64,000 nt of DNA from Squalus acanthias (Eukaryota): positions 132,742,001-132,806,000 of the forward strand of contig CM059429.1 in the NCBI GenBank assembly GCA_030390025.1, read 5' to 3'. Of this stretch, positions 1-11,300 are shown piece after piece (positions within the stretch are counted from its first letter, which is position 1; every line of letters starts with the position of its first letter). The translations under genes and the position numbers were made by a program. Under the pieces are notes generated by a model. The model made no database searches. It was not told where the DNA came from and saw only the letters and a program-made list of their open reading frames with translations.

Positions 1-29
1 TGATCGGACTGTGCAGTAGTCCAGTTAAA

Positions 30-920
30 GGTGCATTTCCACTGAAGCTACCAGCCCGGGTCCTGCCCAGCTGGAACCTGAACTACAGCTACCAGCAGGT
101 TCCAGCCGGGCATTGTCCTGTTTCGGAGAGAGCTCTCGCATCCCTGGGTAGAACTGTGTCCCAACAGTTACAAATGGAAATTGAGAGAGAGCAGGAAGGG
201 GACAATTTCCTTCCCCGCTCTAAACATTTAAATTAGGATCGGGTAGGTTTACAAACTGAGGACTTCGCGTACCTGGTTTGACACCACGGTGAAAATACAC
301 TCCGTGCAGTGACAAACTGAATCAGCGTGAGACTAGCCCCCATTGCTTCACACCGACATCAAACTTGCCCAAGACTCCAGTTACACTGCTACTTACTTCT
401 ATGTCAAAGCATACGGATTGTGAGTTTGTACGGAGGTGAAAGCGACAGTTTAATTCAGTAGTTGGCGAGCTGACTCCTGCGCATAGTAAAGAGAAAGTGT
501 AAGAGCACCTCTGCCGAGTAGCCTTTATTTACATTTGGATGCAGTTCAGATTTCACCCAGGCAATACTCAATTTATACTGGCTCGACCGACGTTTAATTC
601 TGCTACTCCGGCGAGAGCTCCGTGCTTGTGTGTTTAAAATGTAACTGCTGGAAGAGGATTTATGTAAACATGTGGGCAGCTGCATCGGCATTGTCTAAAC
701 GTTTAAATTAATTGCAGGCAAGCTTTAAAAAGTGTCCAGAAGGTCTAAGAATACCACGGATACTTCTGACATCTGATTTGACACCACGCTGAATTTACAC
801 TCCAGGAAGTCTCGCTCGGTTTTGCTCTAGCCAGGTCAGGCCACGGCTACCGATTTACGTGAGCACTGGTGCCAACCAGAAACTTGTTTGCATAAATGCT
901 AAAGTTAGTGTCAATGCACC
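30..920. mobile_element. Old non-autonomous DNA transposon (PIF/Harbinger-like MITE)
   Basis: Imperfect terminal inverted repeats GGTGCATTTCCACTGA (30-45) and TTAGTGTCAATGCACC (905-920), 13/16 match; left end preceded by TTAAA; internal direct repeat 273-303 / 773-803; no transposase ORF. Confidence 0.55.
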
Positions 921-3900
921 CTTGCACTGATTGGATTTTGTATGCAGCTCCGGCCTAACTTGGCCTCGTCAGCTTGTGACACTTTTTCGAGCAGGCACCA
1001 ATGTTAAAGCACCACTTTAGCATTAAAGCACCATAAACTTAGCCTTCTTTCTGTCTACGTCTGTGTTTATGGTTGCACATGATTTAAACATTCTTCTATT
1101 TATCCAGTTCATGTGCAGACAGGGAAAGTGACAAATAAACCTAAATATGACAAGCATAATTTAACTGAGTGAAACAAAATATCAAAACATTTAAATTAAT
1201 GTGCAGTACTTTTAGTTAAGAGTTATAATAGAAACTTAAGCAAAGACGAATATTTTCTGAAGCAATCGGCATTACAAAAACACTGAAAAAGTGCGTATCA
1301 AAAAAAAAGTAAATGTGACAAATGATGAGTTTTGAGAGCTCTGTAAACAGTTTGGCCTGGATGTCAGCCAAGAGATGATCTGGCAACACTGCAAACTGGC
1401 CGGACACTAATTAACAGCACAACACTAATTGGAACATACCAAGGCTATAATCCATCCTCATCAGAGAAAGCACTTTAAAAAACATACATTTTCTGGGACA
1501 CAACCACCAGACATTTTTACCCCCAGTTTTCACCTCACCACTCTTTAATGGTAACCTGCAAGTCAGGTGGAAACGGAGCATAAATCCTTTTGAGCGTTAG
1601 GGTCTCTACTAATTCTACAATACAATTGATAGGGAAAAGCTGTCTATGAGTTTATTAGGCAGTGAAGAGAGAGACCTCATAATCGAGTAGAATAGATTCA
1701 CAAATGATTATGTAGGTTCTCAATACATGTAGTGGGGTCGGCGGGTGAAGGAAGGAGCAAAGGGGGTGAATTTGCCCAAATCAAAGGGATAGATGTCAGC
1801 TATTAGGAATGGAAATGGAAAGCACTATTACACTTTCTGCAACAAATGTCAACATCAAGCATTGGTAGGTCAGGTATTGTTGCAAATTTTACCTTTACAC
1901 TTATGGCACTAAATTGTTTCCTCTATATGTAGTAGGTGTGCAGTTGATATTGCTGAGGTTCAAAAGCACTACTTGTACTTTGGGACAAATTTAGTGTTGT
2001 CAAGAAAAGACGAGAAAATGTATAAATCTATCACATGCGAACCATAGGTTACTTAAGAAATATTTGTAGTACATGGTATTAAAAAGGTACTGTGTACATG
2101 GTATGGAGTAATAATGAGTGATCCTTACAAAGTAGCTTGATGACTGATTCTGGGTGGTAGTATTAGGGATATATGGCAAATAAATATATTAAATATCATC
2201 CTCTCTTCCTATACTATCATGTGAACTATTGTACATAACAGGATGAAATTATATTTACTGATGATCACCATGTAAATTAATCCTAGCATAGAGGCAGCAG
2301 ATATTTATGTTTTAGAGCTGGCTTACATGGGGATCATTGGTAAATGGAATTTTATTCTGTTGTGCGCAATAGTTTGCTTATAAATTGATAAACTTGATCC
2401 AAAATGGACAAATAGATTATTGGAAGTGGGATATTATAGGATTATGGCAGGCAGCATAGAATTCCAGTGGTTAGACTGATTTAGGGCACAACTGGGAATG
2501 GCTATTTACATAGCAACCCCATGGTAAATAAGAGCGACACAGGGCCTTATTCACGTAGTTCTTTGGCAAATAATCAAGTCTTTTTGTCTTTTTACAGCTG
2601 CCGGGTGAAAAAGGTCAAAGTACAGATTATTTTACCAGTTGTTGGGTGACGATCATTCATCCAGCTCTTTTTATTTTCCCAGGAAACCACCAACATGGAG
2701 ATCTACATTTACTCCTCTTGTCATATGAAACAGCAGTTTGGTGATAAAATATATGTTTTAATGAAAACTGTGGCATATCAATTTCCTATCTAGCAGATAG
2801 CAGTTTGAAGCTTATGTACACACATTATGGTTTCCTATGATGGCACATTTATGCACGTATTATTACTAACTACATTAAGTACATATAGTAATGGCATTTG
2901 AAAGTGTGATGTCTACAGTTGGAGATTATCCCACCACCCAGTTAACTTATCTGACCAATAGGTAGAAGGTGAATAAACATTTAGTCAAAACTTAAAAAGT
3001 CTGATTGGTTTTATTGGTAGGACAACACAGATACATTCTTATTTCACTTCCTGGTTGATGTCCTTTTACTCGCTGTGAATATTACAAATTATCTCGTGGC
3101 CATATATGATTAAGGAGGATAGTGTTCAAAGTGTCTTTTTTTCCAAACAATATTTATGTAAAGGCCTTCCCCCCCACCCCACCTCCAGAAAAGATCCTGG
3201 TGCACTCTCCCATCTGTACGTAACAGTACAACTATCAAATGTTAAGAGCAGAAAATAGACTGTATTAACGAGCTCTCTTTCGATTTTAATGTCCATAAGA
3301 TTAACCACACTGTTCGGGATTGAGCCATCCTTTCTATGGGAAGGATGAGGTAAAATGTCACAAATGCACAATATTTTATATGAATAAACAAGGAAAATAA
3401 TCACCATTCATAATCATATCGATAGCCTTAAAACTAACAATGTGGGCAGGTACAATAAAAATGTATGGCATGTCATTCATTACTGTTAATATGAGCTTAT
3501 TTTTTTTCTCCACTGACCATTCACGTTAAAACACAAAAATGAGAATTAACACAACGTAAATTGAATTAAGTCACAGCACCATACTGTTAACCCTCCCTTG
3601 GGACCACGTTGCACATCATATTACACAAGTGGTGAAAAAAAGATTGCCATTTCTGGAAAGCACTTGTAAATAACGTCGACACGCGTTGCTTTAACATCAC
3701 CGTGCTGTTAAAAAAAACACTCGTACTACCAAATCAATTCTATATTCTCTATCCATGTGCGGACTGGCACCGTGGGTTATCCTCTACGAATTGTTTCCCG
3801 TACGTTTTCTGTCTAGACAATCACATTGATTACATTGTGGGAAAATTAGTAGAATTTATTAAAGGACGAGTTATCTTGCCGACCCACCCCGGTAATTATT

Positions 3901-4289
3901 ACACATGGCAACTCATTCTGGGCTGTTTGACAGCTGAAAGCGATACATAACCTCGGGAAAGAGGAGTATACCCGGACACATCACGTGCAGCCCACTGAGA
4001 AATGACCTTGAGGGCTGGTCCGTAAACACATGTAACCTTTGTTCTAATCTGCTGGCGGGATCAAGTTGCCGGTTTGGAATAAAAGGGGAAACGCCAAGAG
4101 AAATTTCACTTTCAGAATCTGACCAATCACTTTAATGAAAATCCTATACTCCTATCCAGAGAACTCGCTGGAGAAAACATAGCATAGGAAAAAAAACCGA
4201 GCCTTTTTTCCATTGACAGCCTTCTCCCCAAGTTTCATCTGATCGTTTTCTTATACATTTACTGGCGCAGAACTGTTGATTCTTGCCAG

Positions 4290-5260
4290 TTTAAAATGGC
4301 GGCAACCCGTAGTTAACCAGACTCTTATTTATAGAAGTCCATATTTACAATTTCAGGGGGGGGGGGGGGGGGAGAGAGATTTTCCGTAGGCCACTAGGCG
4401 AAGCAAAAAGTTGCAGTTTGGTAGAGTTGCACTGGGAGGCTTTGCTCCGGCGGATGGTACAAAGCCGTGTTTGTTTTTTAAGGGATCATTAACTCCGTTT
4501 GACACTTGGGTTCTTGGACGTTACGCGGAAGCAGAAGCTGAAAGTCCGAGTGGACGGACGCTGTTTGAGCGAGCTCCAGCCATTGAGCGGGTTGAATGTA
4601 ACACAGCGCAGCCTGCATTGCAACAGCCCGCGGTCGGCGACAGAGTCCGGGCGGATCGCTCCATTGTAATCAATAAACCAGGTGGACGCGGGGCGTGTGG
4701 TTATTGATGGTTTTGCAGCGTTCGCTCCTGAACATTTCATTCGCCACCAGCCTCACTCTGCCCGGAGATGGGATTAACTTTAACGACAGGACTTTCTCCA
4801 TTCCGCACACACTCCGCGCCATTTTAGAAGCAGCTCCTGCTCGCCAGACACAACGAAGCTCAGCTCCATGGGGACTGAGTTCATTTTCTGGCTGCGCTCC
4901 CCTTCCCTCCCTCCCTCCCTTCTCCACAGCAGTACGATCGCGATCCTCTCACTCTCGGTGAGTGTGTTGCATGCCCCCTTTAAACAGGATCATCAGATTT
5001 ACAATGAAAAGCTGGTTGGCCCAAAAGCAGAGCTGCCAGTCAAGACCGCCTGAAAACAAAGATAAATTCGAAGGGACGTTAGGAGATATTGATCGCGGAT
5101 GGTTGATTTCTGCATAATTGTAGAAGGCAGGCAACTAGCTGTATTCCCCTTTGACGGAGCAACAGCTTAGTCGGCAGGATCGATTAGCGGAAATCCCTGG
5201 GGGAACCCGAGAGTAGTCTGCAGGACTCCGCCAGGAGTATCCAGCAATCCGCATTACAAA
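4290..5260. promoter_or_regulatory. CpG-island-like promoter region
   Basis: High GC and CpG density; YY1-type motifs AAAATGGCGG (4293-4302) and CGCCATTTT (4817-4825); GC box GGGGCGTG near 4690; G run at 4356-4372; plus-strand donor TCG|GTGAGT after 4957. Confidence 0.6.
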
Positions 5261-5580
5261 AGCAAAGACCTTTAGGTGGGATTTCTTAAACGTCCCTCTG
5301 CTTTCTTCCAGCTAATCGGGGAGAAAACATAAATGCCGAGAGTACAATATATCCAACAGACTGTTCGGGGCAGAATGTCAATTGGGACGTCACTCAAATA
5401 GATTTCTGATTTTGTTGAGGGGAACTTTTAGTTTTAGAAAAGAGATGAACTCGCGGCGACAGAAATATGTTACAGCGAGAGCTATAAATTTAGCTTGAAT
5501 TTTATTTATCTCCCCGCCCACTAAACCTCAAAAGAGACGGTTGCCAGAGCTGCGATTCATATGACTGCCTCCCATTAGCT

Positions 5581-5866
5581 TTAGCAGAAACGGCAGTCTG
5601 GCCAGGCTTAGCAGAATCGGTTCTCCTTTCCTTTAGGGTTAGCGGAATCGGCAGCTTTCCTGCACGAATTGGGAGAAATAACAGTCTTATCAGAACTAGC
5701 AGAAACTGCAGTCTGGTCAGAGTTAGCGGAATCGGCAGACTTCCGATTAGGGTTAGCAGAAATACAGTTTTATCAGGGTTACCAGCAACTTGGTTATGGT
5801 TAGCAGAAATGGGTCGGCGGAAATGGCATCGGGATTTAAAGTTAGGCTGAGCAGAAACAGCATCCC
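5581..5866. repeat. Degenerate minisatellite, mostly 26-31 bp units starting TTAGCRGAA
   Basis: Units begin at about 5581, 5608, 5639, 5669, 5696, 5723, 5753, 5779 and 5800, e.g. TTAGCAGAAACGGCAGTCTGGCCAGGC versus CTAGCAGAAACTGCAGTCTGGTCAGAG. Confidence 0.8.
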
Positions 5867-6884
5867 AGTCCCTTCCCAACATTCACCATGCTACTCAAAA
5901 TACAGCCCTACCCGGATTCATACCCTGCCTTAAAGCGGTCAGGCATCATCAATACGAGATCTAAACAAGAAAATCCCCACCCAAGCAGCAATATCTTGCC
6001 TAATTATAGTGTACCAGTTAAAAGTAATAATAACTCATCGCCCACCCTCTCGATACTAAGTTCATTGGTTTTCGACCAAATTCTGGAAAAAAGCGCTGAA
6101 AGCCAAACCATTTTCTCTAACATGATTACCCACACTTCGTTTCTCGATTGCTATCTCCCTCCCCTCCCCCGTCTCCCCATCGAGTCAAACACAGTTTCTT
6201 ATTCTGACTGTTGCCTCTTTCACCGAATGGGTTCGCCATGAGCAGCCAGCTGTATCTAGGCCACGGAGGTGTCGGTTCTTAATAGTTTGGATCATAGTAT
6301 TTCAAGATCATGAATGTGGCATCAGTTTGATCAACGTACCGTCCCCAACACCTACAAGTACATTTTATGAACGGGGTTTTATGCTGGCTCACTCTACTTG
6401 TGACAATCCAGTAAATAATGGCTCAATGGAGCCCTAACGGAGTACTATCATTAATATGAGCTATTTTAATATAAAAGACATATCGCGTCCCTGCGTGCTG
6501 GTGTCCATTTTGTGTTGCTATCTTTAAAGAGCTGAAACTTGAGTTATACTGCACCCTGTGCGAACTCAACAGATGTTTGAAAGCTGCATTATATATCACC
6601 AGCATGGACCTTATCTGACTCTGGAGGGAAGCGGTTTGAGACCCTATGGAGAAAGGGGTTCCCACCACTTGGGCTTGACATAACAAGGAGTATAGTACCA
6701 CTACAGTGTCCACCCCATCTAAGGTCCGTTAAAGCTCCTGGACATGTGTGAAATTTACCAGTATTTAGGCAGAGTGGCATCCATGTGCAAAGCTCTCTCC
6801 TGGACAACAGAACTGTAGTTCCAGCCAGGCAGCATAAACAGGGTTCTGTCCGACTGGAACCAATACTACAGCTACAGTACAATT

Positions 6885-7284
6885 ACACAGAATGCATAGC
6901 ACAGAAACAGGCCATTCGGCCCAACCAGTCTATGCCTGTGTTTATACTCCACAGGAGCCTCCTCCCACTCTACTTACTTCATCTCACCCTATCAACATAT
7001 CCTTCTATTCCTTTCTCCCTCATGTACTTATCTAGCTTCCCCTTAAATGCATCTGTTATTCGCTTCAACCACTTCATGTGGTAGCCAGTTCCACATTCTC
7101 ACTACTCTCCAGAAGAAGTTTCTTCAGAATTAGTGACTATCTTATATTTATGACCCCTACTTTTGGACTCCTCCACAAGTGGAAACATCTCTACGTCTAC
7201 TCTATCGAAGCCCTTCAGAATTTTGAAGACCTCTATCAGATCACCTCTCTCAGTCTTCTCTTTTCCAGAGGAAAGGGCCCCAGC
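6885..7284 (-). mobile_element. CR1 LINE, 5'-truncated 3' end
   Basis: Plus strand reads CACAGAA..CAGGCCATTCGGCCCA (reverse of the CR1 3' UTR), then the degraded ORF2 end (CTATCAGATCACCTCT, reverse of an RGDLIE-like motif); resembles the CR1 ends at 41806 and 55237. Confidence 0.85.
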
Positions 7285-8277
7285 ATAAATGCAGTATTAT
7301 ACTTTGCTGCACCCAAAACTGCTTCACTGTAATGCAAGCTTGAACTTTATAAACTAGGAACAGATACCGTATGTCAAAACTACAGATGAAACTAATTTGG
7401 AAAGATGGGCAGGATAACTATTTACAATGTTTACGTTCCGTGCTTAACTTTTGATAGTTCAGACCGGAACCCTACATTCCCACACAATAAGCGGGAAATA
7501 AAAACTCGGCCTTGTGCGCTGGTATACACACATCGCAAATCCTCATGTCCCCGTGACCAAAAGAGAGACATTTGGGGCGATAGTCCATACTTTCCCGCTT
7601 TTTCTTTTTACATCATGGATTACAGAGAAGAATGTGGATATTAGGCAGCTCTTTGATCTAACCCTTCGATTGGTAGGTCCAATGAATTAGTACATGCCTG
7701 CTTTAGGCTTTCAAAGTTGTGTTGCTCATTGATCTTTTTATCTCTTGAGGACTGTACTTCCTTTTCGGCTTCCCAAAGTAACAAGACACTATTTACATTA
7801 TAACAACTAAAACTGACAGAGCTTTAGGATTTTCGGTAGCTAGACGAATAAAAGGAAAGTACAGAGCGTGTATATTACTGGCTGATGGGAGAGAACGTTT
7901 CTTTTGGTGGTAGGGATGTCCTCAAAGGGTTAATCTACTACTTAAAAGTGTATTTATAAGATTTTTAAAAATCATACAGCGTTCATTTTTTTAAAATCCG
8001 AGTGATGGTAAAAATCCCACTGGCTGTGGGCTGTTAGCTCTTTTAAAAAAAGGCGAGCTGGAGCTGGCATTAAAGGCCGTCTCCTCGAACAGATGTCAGA
8101 TTATTTCCACTCGTCTCTCAGGATCACCGCTGTAAAAACCAGACTACACATTCTCCCATTTGAAGACCACGAACCCGCCCAACAACAACATCATTGTCTG
8201 TTCTTATTGCTTTAGAGTCTACAGCGGCAGCTGCGTTCTCTAATCACGATATCACCCCATTATATTTTATATATTGA

Positions 8278-8278
8278 G

Positions 8279-8315
<37 letters not shown>
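8278..8315. repeat. Compound (AT)n(AC)n microsatellite
   Basis: Direct reading. Confidence 0.95.
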
Positions 8316-11300
8316 TCAAGCTGATTTCATCAAAACAGGCCCAAGACTATTAGTGAACAGGGGCCCATATTTCCTTGCAGTGTTTTCTCACCCCAAACCT
8401 AATTGACTAACCAATTGCAACAAATTACAGGGATTCTCTCGTACTGCATTGGACGGGACCTTGATCGTCGAAAGCCTACATAACTATTTAAAGTAGCATG
8501 TGTGGATTTAGTGCGTAAGCAGACCCACTGCATTTCAAAATGCACCAAACACCCCTTCCTTCAACTTACGATGTGCAACACTGTGAGCGGAATTTAAAAG
8601 AAAACTCTCGCCAACAGAAAAAATGTAGATGCAACCACATTTTGCACTATCAACGCATCTGTTTCAATTCACAATACAAAGCTCTATCTACACCAATGGT
8701 ATAATATCCCTTAGGCATGGATTTTAAACCGACGGGTTACTAGAGAGGGCGTATAATTCAATTGTTAGACAATTCATTCAGGTTTGTAACAGAAAAAAAT
8801 TCTAAAACTTGATCAGCTGTCTCTAAAGATTTGACTACACACGCTTTGTGAGAAAAACGGTTTTAAATGATAAAAAAAAATCCTCATCCTCTTTAAGCCA
8901 GTGTGTGATATGACTAGAGTCTGGGGTTCGAAAGGCCTTTCTGTGACCGCAAAACACATCAACACCATTTTTCAAATGCAGGGTGGGCATGATGATGGTA
9001 TATGCAAGAACGTGCCCGAACTAGGTTCAGAAGTTCACTGCATTGAGATTGCGTCAGAGAGCCTATCTTTTTTTACAAGAACATTCTAATTATTTCAAAT
9101 CATCAGCGTTACAAATCTGCTTGCGGAGGACCAATAAACTGCGCACTCGATTTTTCCTGTCAGTGGTCCAGTCTTCTGGCGCCTGCACCACCTGTGTAAT
9201 TAAAATTGAAAATGTTCATTTGGCCTCACGTGACTCACACGTCCTCCCTTGTAAACTCAGCCTAATCTTCCACTTTTCAGAAAGCGTCTGTTTAAAATGT
9301 ATCGTCAGGCAACAAGAAAATGCTCAATTGTCATCGTGGTCTGTTTTTCTTCCCTGCTATTTTTCATGAAATGTTTCCAATCCGTGTTGAAAGAGTAGAT
9401 AAATAATTTATTCCACGCACGTTTTTGGGTGCGTTTTGTAAATAATTTGGATTGCATTTTAACATAAAGGTGCCGTGCACTAAAGCTAGTTTTAATAAGA
9501 TCGCCATCCTTTAGACAGTCTCTATCATTTTCTAATACTTGTTAAATTCATGTGACCTACACACGCTGGGGCTAATTTAGAAGCGGTGCAGTCAAATAGC
9601 TGCAACTTAAAAATACATTTTACATTTTTTTTTAAGTGATTGAGAATGTAATTGTCTTCTGCAAATCAAATAAAAATAAAGGATACCGTTAGCGAAGTTC
9701 GACGCCTGGACTTAATGCCATCTATCCGATAAAGTTAAGCCATTACACACACACACACACACAATCAGGCCCAGTTTACAATATGCTGAGCATCAGCAGA
9801 GTACGTTTTATGAACGGTAACGATATTACGTGGCTCCTGAAATGTGCTCTCTCAGTCAATCACCGTTAGAACACAACTCGATATTCACAGCGGAGGCACA
9901 GGCAGCTCGTATCCTCCAAAGAGCTCAGCGAGCCGTGCCTTCTCGGCCCTTTTTTCACAAAGGTTTTTTTTTAACTGCTCGCGCTCTCAGGTTTCAGGGC
10001 TGGTCTCCCAGGGGAGGCAGGAGCGGAGTGCGCTTCAATCAAACCCTGACTTCTCCTCTGGGAGCATAGCCTGAAATCTGATCTCGTCCACTTACTGCCT
10101 GCCTCATTCCACGCGTTTTCTTTGGGCGTAATAACCTTTTAGTTTATTGTAAACACAGTTGGGAGGGATGCTGGACCTTTGAACAGGATGTGTTGATTGT
10201 GAAATCGGTGGCTGGTGTACTCACGGCACATTCTGGCCGGTAGAAATTAAAAGAGGCGGCCACCAGCAAAGGCCGTACCGAGTAAATAGGTAACCAAACC
10301 ATCTCGTAATTAAATGGTTTCGTGCTTTCAGAAGGCCCCGTAAGAGGCCACATAGGCGAGCTGCTGCCGATTTGAAGGCAAACGCAGACGTTACAGGGAA
10401 AGTGAGAACAGATTCTGGGAGGGCAGTCGCGAATCTTTAAACAACATTGCGCAAAGAGCCTACTCACCTCACCCTCGATACAGACTCTTAATACAATGGA
10501 CGATTTCAACAAATTGTCATGAGCGGCGTGACGCTAATTTTTGCCCCCACAACTTTTCTTTACCTTAGATAACGGTACAGAGAATACTTAAGAACACTCA
10601 GTACAACGTAACCAACCAGAATGTGTTTAGCGTACTAAGGAATCAGGCATCCCCACAAATGCCTTTCCAAACTCTTGTACGGTCATGCCTTTAGTTTTTT
10701 TATAATAGCATACTACGCTCCATGCAAGGAAAACATTACCGCGTACTGCACATCCATGTGTCTTATAAGCGTAAAGTATATTTGCACTGCAGTGATGCAT
10801 ACAAAAACATCGGAAACTGTTAATATGGCAATGTGAATTGGACAGGTTAAGACGTTAAGCAGGGTTCAAGTTAATCAGGTCACCGGCACCGATCAGAGAA
10901 CAGAAATATTTAAAGAGAGAGACAGAATCCAAAATAAGAATCATCGGAAAATTCATATCTGATATTTTAAAAGTGAATTGACATTTTTTCTTGTGAGATC
11001 GTGATAACCCATGCCACATGAGTACTTATGAAACGCACACACACAAAAAATTCAATAACCTGTCTTTTAGCAGATGCTAATTGGTCGGCTGTGCAGTACC
11101 CGCATTTTTTTTAATCATTCAATTTACTTAACGTCAACAAAACGTAGATAAAACAATTCGGGACAATGTGGGTCTCGATTCAGATTCACAAGTCCCTTTG
11201 CTGTCTTGTGGTCTCCAGTTAATCTAATCTGATTTCAAATTCAACGTGACCACAATTGAACTATTTGAGATATCCTGGTAACACGTGCCTGCACATGACG

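Noticed and set aside
4356-4372. Poly-G runs (also about 17790, 20463, 34218, 53632) as G-quadruplex elements
   Set aside because: Simple homopolymers whose length is unreliable in assemblies; no independent sign of function.
5581-5866. CRISPR-like repeat/spacer appearance
   Set aside because: Eukaryotic DNA; units are degenerate and the intervening parts are themselves related; no cas genes.
5502-5882. 126-aa ORF with repeated LPIPLTL
   Set aside because: Translation of the minisatellite.
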